64,000 nucleotides of DNA from Thermoproteota archaeon. GTDB lineage: Archaea > Thermoproteota > Thermoprotei_A > EX4484-217-1. The translations under genes and the position numbers were made by a program. The notes under the pieces were generated by a model. It was not told the DNA's origin. It did no database searches and was given only the letters and a program-made list of their open reading frames with translations. This document shows, in pieces, positions 57,197 to 64,000 of the stretch. The first letter of the stretch is position 1. The number at the start of each line of letters is the position of its first letter. The stretch covers positions 265,797 through 329,796 of the forward strand of contig JAPDJU010000005.1 in the NCBI GenBank assembly GCA_029258915.1. The letters are read 5' to 3'.

Positions 57197-59215
57197 ATGA
57201 CATCCGTAACCATTCTTGAGGAGTTTTCCCGTGACCAACTTCTTGATTTTTATAAGGATATGCTAAGAATAAGAGCTTTTGAAGATGAGACGTTAAAATA
57301 TTATGAGGTTGCTAAAGTCTATGGTATGCTTCATGTAGCCCATGGAAAAGAAGCTTTAGCTGTTGGATTTGCTAAAAACATCAAACCAAACGATTTCGTC
57401 TTAGCAAGCTACAGAGCACACGATCATGCATTAATGAAAGGCATTGTCATGTACCGTTTAGCAGCCGAACTTATGGGTAGAGCTACGGGAATAAATAAGG
57501 GCAAAGCGGGTTCAATGCACATAATGGATGATAAAACAAGGTTTCTCGAAGACTCCGTTGTAGGAGGCCAAATACCTATTGCTAATGGAATAGCATTTGC
57601 TTTCAAATATTTAGGAGAAAGCTCTATTGTCGTGTGTTTCTTCGGAGATGGAGCCTGCAATATAGGCGCTTTCCATGAAACATTAAACATGGCTTCCCTA
57701 TTGAAACTCCCCATAGTTTTCGTTGTAGAGAATAATAAATGGGCAATTACAACCCACGTTTCAATATCGACTTCAGTAGATAAAATAGTGAAAAGAGCAG
57801 TAGCATACAACATGATCGGAATGGAGGTTGACGGTACAGATGTTCTAGCAGTGTACAGAGTTGCAAAGAAGGCGATAAGCATAGCACGTAACGAGAAAAA
57901 GCCTGTCCTCGTGGAAGCACACACGGTTAGAATTAGAGGACATTACGACGGGGATATTCTTCAACCTTACAGGCCTAAAGAAGATATTGAACAACATCGT
58001 AAAAACGACCCTATACCTAAGTTCAGAGCTAAACTATATGAGCTTGGAGTACTAAATGAAAAGCTAGATAAAAAACTATGGAGAGAAGCTAAACTAGAAG
58101 CTGAAGAAGCATATAAAAAAGCCGAGAAAGACCCGTTCCCGCCACCCGAAGAGGCCTTAACAGATGTGTTCCCAGGAGAAGAGGCAAAGATACCTCCTGA
58201 ACTCACATTACTAAGTGTTAAAGATGTTGAGAAAGCAGAAAATATGAGGATGATAACCTACGCTAAGGCAATAAATGAAGCGCTGCATGAGGAAATGGAG
58301 AAAGACGATAAAATATTTATTCTAGGCGAAGATATTCGATGGGGAGGGGTCTATAGGGTCACTGAGGGTCTTCTTGAAAGATTTGGTCCTGAAAGGGTAA
58401 TAAACACCCCAATAGCTGAGGAAGCAATAACAGGCTTAGCCCTAGGAGCAGCAATGATGGGGTTAAGGCCTATAGTTGAACTAATGTACACCTTTACGTA
58501 CAATATAGCCATGGACCAAGTAACGAACCATATTGCAAGAATACCTTACATGTCAGGAGGCAAGTTTAAAGTACCATTAGTGATCAGATCGCCTAACTAT
58601 ACTTTAGCTTCAGTAGGTGCACAACATAGTTTCAGAAATGAAGCATGGTTTATGCACACACCAGGACTTAAAGTTGTTATAACTGCAACACCATTTGATG
58701 CTAAAGGCTTAATGAAAACAGCTATTAGAGAAAATAACCCAGTTCTATTCTTTGAACATGCAAGACTATACCATGTTAGAGGGCCTGTACCGGATAAAGA
58801 ATATTACATACCTTTAGGCAAAGCTGATGTTAAAAGAAAAGGCTCCGATGTAACAATAGTAACGTATTCCAGACCGCTATATGATGTTTTAAAGGCTGCG
58901 GAAGAGCTTTCAAAAGAGGGTATAGAGGCTGAAGTTATAGATTTAAGGTCGCTAGCACCATTAGATGAAGAAACCATAATATCCTCAGTTAAGAAGACCG
59001 GTAAAGTAGTTATTGTTGAAGAAGATGAAATAACATGCGGTGTTGGAGCAGAAATATCAGCATTGATAATGGAGAAAGCCTTTGATTACTTAGATGCTCC
59101 AGTAAAAAGAGTTGCTGCTCCAATGGTACCTATACCGTTCTCCAAACCATTAGAAGAATACGTAGTGCCTAACGCCAAGGACGTCATTAAAGCTGTTAAA
59201 GAATTGCTAGGCTAA
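57197..59215 (+). CDS. 2-oxoacid dehydrogenase E1 component with alpha and beta subunits fused in a single chain.
   Basis: The N-terminal half carries the TPP motif (FGDGACNIGAF, E1 alpha). The C-terminal half (from ..MRMITYAKAINEAL..) is E1 beta. The two are joined by an Ala/Glu/Pro-rich linker. Confidence 0.85.
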   Translation: MTSVTILEEFSRDQLLDFYKDMLRIRAFEDETLKYYEVAKVYGMLHVAHGKEALAVGFAKNIKPNDFVLASYRAHDHALMKGIVMYRLAAELMGRATGINKGKAGSMHIMDDKTRFLEDSVVGGQIPIANGIAFAFKYLGESSIVVCFFGDGACNIGAFHETLNMASLLKLPIVFVVENNKWAITTHVSISTSVDKIVKRAVAYNMIGMEVDGTDVLAVYRVAKKAISIARNEKKPVLVEAHTVRIRGHYDGDILQPYRPKEDIEQHRKNDPIPKFRAKLYELGVLNEKLDKKLWREAKLEAEEAYKKAEKDPFPPPEEALTDVFPGEEAKIPPELTLLSVKDVEKAENMRMITYAKAINEALHEEMEKDDKIFILGEDIRWGGVYRVTEGLLERFGPERVINTPIAEEAITGLALGAAMMGLRPIVELMYTFTYNIAMDQVTNHIARIPYMSGGKFKVPLVIRSPNYTLASVGAQHSFRNEAWFMHTPGLKVVITATPFDAKGLMKTAIRENNPVLFFEHARLYHVRGPVPDKEYYIPLGKADVKRKGSDVTIVTYSRPLYDVLKAAEELSKEGIEAEVIDLRSLAPLDEETIISSVKKTGKVVIVEEDEITCGVGAEISALIMEKAFDYLDAPVKRVAAPMVPIPFSKPLEEYVVPNAKDVIKAVKELLG

Positions 59216-59281
59216 TATTATAAATAAACCAACTCTCTATATTTAACTCTGCTTCGTTAGTTTAAACTCGGAGGGAAAAGT

Positions 59282-60940
59282 ATGGTTAAAGAAGTTATTG
59301 TACCCAGAATGGGAGATGTACCGGAAGCTACCATTCTTAAATGGCTTAAAAAAGAAGGAGACAAAGTTAGTAAAGGAGAACCTGTAGTTGAAGTAGACTT
59401 GTTTAAAGCAACTAAAAGGCTTGAAGCACCTGTTTCAGGTTTTCTAGCTAAAATTTTAGCTAAAGAAAACGATGTTGTTGCTATTGGCTCGCCTGTTGCA
59501 TTAATTGCCGAAAGTGCTGAAGAATTAGAGAAAATTAAAGGTAAACCCCCAGTAGAGAAAAAGCCTAAACCAGTGCCAATTGCTCCTAAAGTTGAAGCAG
59601 CTAAACCACCAATTGAAATTCCTAAGAAAATAAGAATATCCCCAAGAGCAAGAAAGCTTGCTGAAAAATATGGAATAGACATAACAAAGATTAAAGGTAC
59701 AGGCCCGGGAGGAAGAATTGTTGAAAAAGACGTTCTAAGATATATTGAGGAAATGAAAAAACTTGAAGCTATAGCGCCAAGGGTTAAAGAAGTTAGAAAA
59801 CTTATCGGTAAAAGAAGAACTATAGCTTGGCGTCTTAGTGAAGAATGGAGGACAGCGCCCCACATCAACATAGCAGGTAAAGTGGATTTAAGTAAAGCCC
59901 ATGCTTTCAGAAAGATTCTCAACGAGCAATTAGAGAAGAAAGGTGTACATGTTACATTCACCGACCTATTTATAAAGGCAGCTGCCCTAGCTGCTGCAGA
60001 AGTTCCAGAAGTAAATGCTTCGTTAGAAGGTGAGGAAATAAAGATCTATGAAGACATTAACATAAACATCGCTGTAGCAACCCCCGAGGGACTTGTAGTA
60101 CCTGTAATTAGGAATCCCCATAAGAAAACATTCGAACAGTTAGCTAAAGAAAGAGAGGACATTGTTAGAAGAGCTAGAGAAGGTAAACTAACAGAAAAGG
60201 ATGTTTTAGGAGGAACAATAACGCTATCAAATATGGGAATGTATGATGTAGTGTTCTTCTCAGCAGTCCTCAACCCGCCGCAAGCTGTCCTTGTAGCTAT
60301 AGGTAAAGCAGAAAACGTCCCAGTAGTGGAAGGCGATACAGTTAAAATAAAGCCTATGGCATACATTAATGTTATAGCAGATCATAGAATAGTAGATGGA
60401 GCAGTAGCTGCTAATTATCTTAAAGCGATTAAAGATAAACTTGAGAATCCTGAAAAACTCTTATTAGAGAATGAAAAAAATTTACTAAGAAAACCTATAG
60501 TTCCTATAGAAAAAACATTGCCTGTAACTAAAGAAGTTAAGGCAGAAAAAGCAGTAGAGTATAAACCTTATCTACGAGCTGAAGAACTTGAAGAACCTAG
60601 AAGGATAGCTGAAGAATACATGAAAGCCATAAGGCAGTACTATAAGTTTGACAAAGAAGCTGCTCAAGCATTCTTCAGGTTTTCAGGAGCAGCAGTGAGA
60701 AGCAATGTACTGCCTGAGAAAATAAAACATCTAATAACTATTGCTGTTAGTGTAGCAATACATTGTAAAGAATGTGTAGCAATACATGTAAGAGACGCTT
60801 TAGAAGCCGGTGCAACGCCGGAAGAAATAATTGATGCAGTAACGCCAGCAATACTTCTTTCAGGCGGGCCTGGAACAACAATGCTAGACATAGTCTTTAA
60901 GAGTATTGAAGCATTTGCGAAGGAAAGAAAAACTAAATAA
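59282..60940 (+). CDS. Dihydrolipoamide acyltransferase E2 (lipoyl domain, peripheral subunit-binding domain, catalytic domain) fused to a C-terminal AhpD/carboxymuconolactone-decarboxylase-family domain.
   Basis: Lipoyl domain, peripheral subunit-binding domain (GTGPGGRIVEKDV), catalytic DHRIVDGA, then after a linker ..IHCKECVAIH.., an AhpD-type CxxCxxxH motif. Confidence 0.85.
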   Translation: MVKEVIVPRMGDVPEATILKWLKKEGDKVSKGEPVVEVDLFKATKRLEAPVSGFLAKILAKENDVVAIGSPVALIAESAEELEKIKGKPPVEKKPKPVPIAPKVEAAKPPIEIPKKIRISPRARKLAEKYGIDITKIKGTGPGGRIVEKDVLRYIEEMKKLEAIAPRVKEVRKLIGKRRTIAWRLSEEWRTAPHINIAGKVDLSKAHAFRKILNEQLEKKGVHVTFTDLFIKAAALAAAEVPEVNASLEGEEIKIYEDININIAVATPEGLVVPVIRNPHKKTFEQLAKEREDIVRRAREGKLTEKDVLGGTITLSNMGMYDVVFFSAVLNPPQAVLVAIGKAENVPVVEGDTVKIKPMAYINVIADHRIVDGAVAANYLKAIKDKLENPEKLLLENEKNLLRKPIVPIEKTLPVTKEVKAEKAVEYKPYLRAEELEEPRRIAEEYMKAIRQYYKFDKEAAQAFFRFSGAAVRSNVLPEKIKHLITIAVSVAIHCKECVAIHVRDALEAGATPEEIIDAVTPAILLSGGPGTTMLDIVFKSIEAFAKERKTK

Positions 60941-61017
60941 ACTTACTTAAAGTAAAAATGCTATGGAGCTGGTGGCAGGACGGCCTCTGATAAGTGATGA
61001 TGCTGAGCTGCACTGAT

Positions 61018-62151
61018 CTACTTTACAACAACTTTCTTCTTAAGAACCCAACGTAAAAACAGTGTAAACTCTTTTCTAACATTACCTTCAATATTTAAAA
61101 CATACTTTCTGTCAACTACTTTTCTAATTTTCCCCTTACCTATAGTTTCTAGGAAAGCCTTAACTTCACTAACATCATAGTTGATGTCTTCCTTACAGCA
61201 ACCATACTTAATAGAGCATGGTAAGCAGCATGGTATGTTAAAGTCTTCAGCACATACTTGACATGCTTGATAATATATCTTTATACCAAGTTTCTCACAG
61301 AGTTTTGCTATTTTCTTTTTAATATCAGCTGTTTTTACGGGAACTTGTTCATTGAATGATTTGGGTTTTCTTAGAATTCTTTTCTCGATTTCTCTTAAGG
61401 GTATGTTTAACGCTTTCAATTTAGACATTATTCTAAGTGTAACCCTTAAAGAACCTATTAAAACCCTGTTAATGTCGTATGAAATAGCTTTTTCTAAAAT
61501 ATCTTTAATTTCGTAATCATTAACGCCAGGTATTATAGGTCTAAGAAACAACACGGGGTTAAAACCTGCTTTTTTAAGATTGTAAAGTGTTTGGAATCTA
61601 AGTTCAGGATTAGGTGCTTTCCCTTCAAGCTTATCGTAATGTTTCAACGTTATTATGGTGACTAAAACACTTAGTTTCCCATTAACCAGCCTTCTAAGCT
61701 TTAAAGCATTATCATATGTTAAATAGGCTTTAGTAGAGATCTGCGTAGGATTACCTAAACACCTTGTTGTGGCTTTCAAGTACTCATAGGTTCTATTAGC
61801 AGTGTTTTTGAGAAAAGGTTCTGTAACTGAGCCGTAAGCTAGAAAAGTACCGTTTAAACCTAAAGCAACGTAAGGGTTTGATGCTATAGAATACGCAATT
61901 TGTAATCCTGTTAAGTGATAAGGCTTAGATTTAAATGGAAACCCCATATCTGGGATGTAACAATAAGAGCATGCATAATCGCAACCTACACCTATATGTA
62001 TTGTTAAACCGCATGGTCTAGGCCTACGTCTACTATGCCAATCGCTTTTAGCTTCTTCCACCAGTTTTTTATCGCATATTTCGCTTTCCAGCTTCTTAAT
62101 GGTGCTTATTTTTCTACGCCATTCCTCGAAAACACTTACTTTCCAAACCAA
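61018..62151 (-). CDS. Radical SAM protein, SplB-like (COG1533, spore-photoproduct-lyase family).
   Basis: GVGCDYACSYCY is a CxxxCxxC motif in the SplB-like context. A Cys-rich C-terminus follows. Confidence 0.7.
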   Translation of the reverse strand: MVWKVSVFEEWRRKISTIKKLESEICDKKLVEEAKSDWHSRRRPRPCGLTIHIGVGCDYACSYCYIPDMGFPFKSKPYHLTGLQIAYSIASNPYVALGLNGTFLAYGSVTEPFLKNTANRTYEYLKATTRCLGNPTQISTKAYLTYDNALKLRRLVNGKLSVLVTIITLKHYDKLEGKAPNPELRFQTLYNLKKAGFNPVLFLRPIIPGVNDYEIKDILEKAISYDINRVLIGSLRVTLRIMSKLKALNIPLREIEKRILRKPKSFNEQVPVKTADIKKKIAKLCEKLGIKIYYQACQVCAEDFNIPCCLPCSIKYGCCKEDINYDVSEVKAFLETIGKGKIRKVVDRKYVLNIEGNVRKEFTLFLRWVLKKKVVVK

Positions 62152-62218
62152 AGCCTACAAACCACCATACTGAAATAGTACTCAAATATAACTATATTGT
62201 GTAGTTTAAAAACTAACT

Positions 62219-63040
62219 ATGGTTTTATGGAGGATAGCTTTGACAACTGTAATAGAAATCTCAGGTTTACTTGAAAAACAATTACAGCTTCTTGTTGATA
62301 TAGGGTTGTATTCTTCAAAAACCGAAGCTGTAAGAGATGCTGTACGTAGACTTCTAAACTCGGTAAACATAGCTGATGTAGCAGTGAAAATTTATAGTCA
62401 AGGAAGAATCTCTTTAGCTTACGCTTCAGAATTAGCTGAACAATCTATCCCCGAATTCTTCATAAAATTATTAGGTAAAGGAATAGTACCTAGGCTCGTC
62501 AGTTCAAGAAAAAACGTAGAAGAAGTTGTTGAGAACATCGATAAGAAAAAAGTTTTAGTCTTCGACGTAAGCTCGCTATATGTAACGTATTTAAGCGAAA
62601 CATTGGATGTATTTAGAAGAATATTAACGTACCTTAGTGAAAAGAGAAACGTAAGAAATATAGTGTCGCCTGACACAATACTTCACCTTAAATTCATTGA
62701 ATTAAAAAGGCTAATAAGTTTTGGCCATAGAAGCATAGAATTGCCATTAACTGTAGCTAATGTGGATGCTAATGAGTTTAAGAAATTTAAAAACAAATTC
62801 ATTAAAGAGCAAAGCCTTACAACAGCTGAGATGACTACACAATATTTAGCCTATAGGTTAAAAGCCATTTTAGTAACGGATGATTATAAAGCATTAGAGA
62901 TAGCAAATAAAACCAACGTATATGCTATTTCTACAATGTCTCTTTTAAACTATGCAAAGTACCATAGGATAATAAGTGATGTTAAATACGCTGAAGCTCG
63001 TGAAAAACTTGAAACCATATATTCTATGGCTACTGGGTGA
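62219..63040 (+). CDS. Single-chain fusion of RHH (CopG-like) + UPF0175 (antitoxin-type HTH) + DUF3368 (PIN-like nuclease).
   Basis: RHH: ISGLLEKQLQLLVDIGLYSSKTEAVRDAVRRLL. UPF0175: GRISLAYASELAEQSIPEFFIKLLGKGI. PIN-like: KVLVFDVSSL ... LVTDDYKALEIA. Confidence 0.6.
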   Translation: MVLWRIALTTVIEISGLLEKQLQLLVDIGLYSSKTEAVRDAVRRLLNSVNIADVAVKIYSQGRISLAYASELAEQSIPEFFIKLLGKGIVPRLVSSRKNVEEVVENIDKKKVLVFDVSSLYVTYLSETLDVFRRILTYLSEKRNVRNIVSPDTILHLKFIELKRLISFGHRSIELPLTVANVDANEFKKFKNKFIKEQSLTTAEMTTQYLAYRLKAILVTDDYKALEIANKTNVYAISTMSLLNYAKYHRIISDVKYAEAREKLETIYSMATG

Positions 63041-63046
63041 GGATCA

Positions 63047-63604
63047 TTGGAAGACTTAGTGATAGCTGTAGATGTTTCATTGAGCATGAAAGCAAGCGAC
63101 TATATACCTAACAGAATGGAAGCAGCTAAAAGAGCAATATTATCACTAGTGACAGCAAAGCTTGAGAAAAACGTTGAAGACCGTATAGGAGTAGTAGCTT
63201 TCTATGGGCGCTCACTGCCAATAATAGATCTCACTAGGAACAAAGAATTATTGATATCAGTAATTAGGCAACTACGAGTGTTAGGAGAAGCAACCGCACC
63301 AGGGGATGGGCTTAAAGAAGCACTTTACATGCTGAGAGGAAGATGGCCGAAAATAGGTAAGGAAAGGGTGTTAATAGTTACTGATGGTACATTTAATGAA
63401 GGAATACCTTTAGATGTTGTAGCTGAATATGCTGCGAGAAGAAACGTTATTGTGGACTTCTTAACGCTAGGTAAGCTAACAAGCTACGATAGAACAATGA
63501 TTTCAAGAACCTTAAAACTAACTGGTGGAGTACATGAACATGCTGGAACAACATCGGAATTGATAAATAAAGCTATCAAATTAGGTATTAGAGAAATTCC
63601 ATAA
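63047..63604 (+). CDS. Small cytosolic von Willebrand factor A (vWA) domain protein.
   Basis: MIDAS motif (DVSLSM) ... VLIVTDGTFNEG. Confidence 0.7.
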   Translation: MEDLVIAVDVSLSMKASDYIPNRMEAAKRAILSLVTAKLEKNVEDRIGVVAFYGRSLPIIDLTRNKELLISVIRQLRVLGEATAPGDGLKEALYMLRGRWPKIGKERVLIVTDGTFNEGIPLDVVAEYAARRNVIVDFLTLGKLTSYDRTMISRTLKLTGGVHEHAGTTSELINKAIKLGIREIP

Positions 63605-64000
63605 TAGCCTTAGAAAGATCACCATATTTTATGTGCATAAAATATCCTTTAACAGTTCTAAGAATTTCTCTTATAATAGCTATGTCTGTTGGATAAAGCC
63701 TGCTAAAAGCAAAGAAATCAACTCTAACATTATGAAGTCTTAAGGAACTTATAGTGTACCTAGGATCGATACCTGTGTTAAAAGTTCCATCAGTAATAAC
63801 TAATATCCTCTTTTTAACACCATCCCTTGAAAGATCCTTAAGCATTCTATAAGCTTCCACAATACCATCCCCTAAAGCAGTACCGCTACCTAAAGGCCTT
63901 AAACTATCAATAGCCTTCAAAAGGTCCTTAATACTGTTCGTTAAATCTATTATCGGAGCAGAATATTCATAAAACCCGACAATACCTACTCTAGCAAGTA
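63588..64000 (-). CDS. Paralogous vWA domain protein. Only the 3' part is in the window; the 5' end runs off the edge.
   Basis: ..RILVITDGTFNTGIDP.. is collinear with the plus-strand vWA gene. The frame stays open to base 64000. The 3' ends of the two genes overlap by 17 nt. Confidence 0.6.
   Translation of the reverse strand, partial: LARVGIVGFYEYSAPIIDLTNSIKDLLKAIDSLRPLGSGTALGDGIVEAYRMLKDLSRDGVKKRILVITDGTFNTGIDPRYTISSLRLHNVRVDFFAFSRLYPTDIAIIREILRTVKGYFMHIKYGDLSKAIMEFL

Noticed and set aside
61018-62151. The radical SAM protein as lipoyl synthase LipA serving the adjacent E2.
   Set aside because: The Cys motif (GCDYACSYCY) and overall sequence fit the SplB-like COG1533 family. They do not fit LipA, which has a second N-terminal CX4CX5C cluster and different spacing.
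1-64000. A CRISPR array, integrase/transposase, or prophage/plasmid island.
   Set aside because: No array of regularly spaced direct repeats is visible. No tyrosine or serine recombinase or IS transposase motif was found. No tRNA-flanked island is present. The gene content is housekeeping or metabolic.

Overview
This 64-kb window reads as core chromosome of an AT-rich (about 35-38% GC), hyperthermophilic crenarchaeon. The evidence: a full-length reverse gyrase, a Sulfolobus-type single-domain SSB with a TATA box about 25 bp upstream of the start, many genes with overlapping stop/start junctions, and the archaeal thiolase / HMG-CoA synthase / DUF35 / HMG-CoA reductase mevalonate cluster. Gene density is high and both strands are used. 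There are no rRNA or tRNA genes, no CRISPR array, and no integrase or transposase. Identified content, in order: two tandem Dpp/Opp-class ABC importers sharing one substrate-binding protein that has a Thr/Pro-rich linker; the mevalonate cluster; BtpA-family plus MobA-like gene pair; nicotinate phosphoribosyltransferase; a DtxR-family regulator; Sua5/YrdC; a class V aminotransferase; a sugar-phosphate nucleotidyltransferase; an FrhB-family F420-dependent oxidoreductase subunit; reverse gyrase; a beta-CASP metallo-beta-lactamase-fold hydrolase; cysteinyl-tRNA synthetase; a tightly coupled five-gene operon cofD-cofC-X-Y-cofE, in which X and Y are paralogous nucleotidyltransferase-fold proteins of unknown function; an AbrB-PhoU regulator; an MgtC-like membrane protein; SSB preceded by two perfect palindromes; a type-IV-pilus-like module made of a PqqD-like protein, a degenerate FlaH/KaiC-like protein, a FlaI-like ATPase and two half-size FlaJ/TadBC-like membrane proteins, with no pilin gene found; DUF488; an Ard1-like GNAT; a PA14 protein; a thioredoxin-like plus CcdA pair; an HD-domain dNTPase-like protein; a metallo-beta-lactamase-fold hydrolase; two divergent ribbon-helix-helix (RHH) genes; a Nudix hydrolase; a roughly 90-nt GC-rich island that may be a structured ncRNA; a single-chain fused 2-oxoacid dehydrogenase E1 alpha-beta; an E2 acyltransferase with a C-terminal AhpD-like CxxCxxxH domain; an SplB-like radical SAM protein; a single-polypeptide RHH + UPF0175 + DUF3368(PIN) toxin-antitoxin-like fusion; and two convergent, overlapping vWA paralogs at the window edge. 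The most interesting candidates for new biology are the X/Y nucleotidyltransferase-fold pair embedded in the F420 operon, the E2-AhpD fusion, the reverse gyrase start problem (its zinc finger is encoded upstream of the first usable ATG, behind an in-frame TGA), the toxin-antitoxin fusion with the vWA pair, and the pilin-less pilus-like module.
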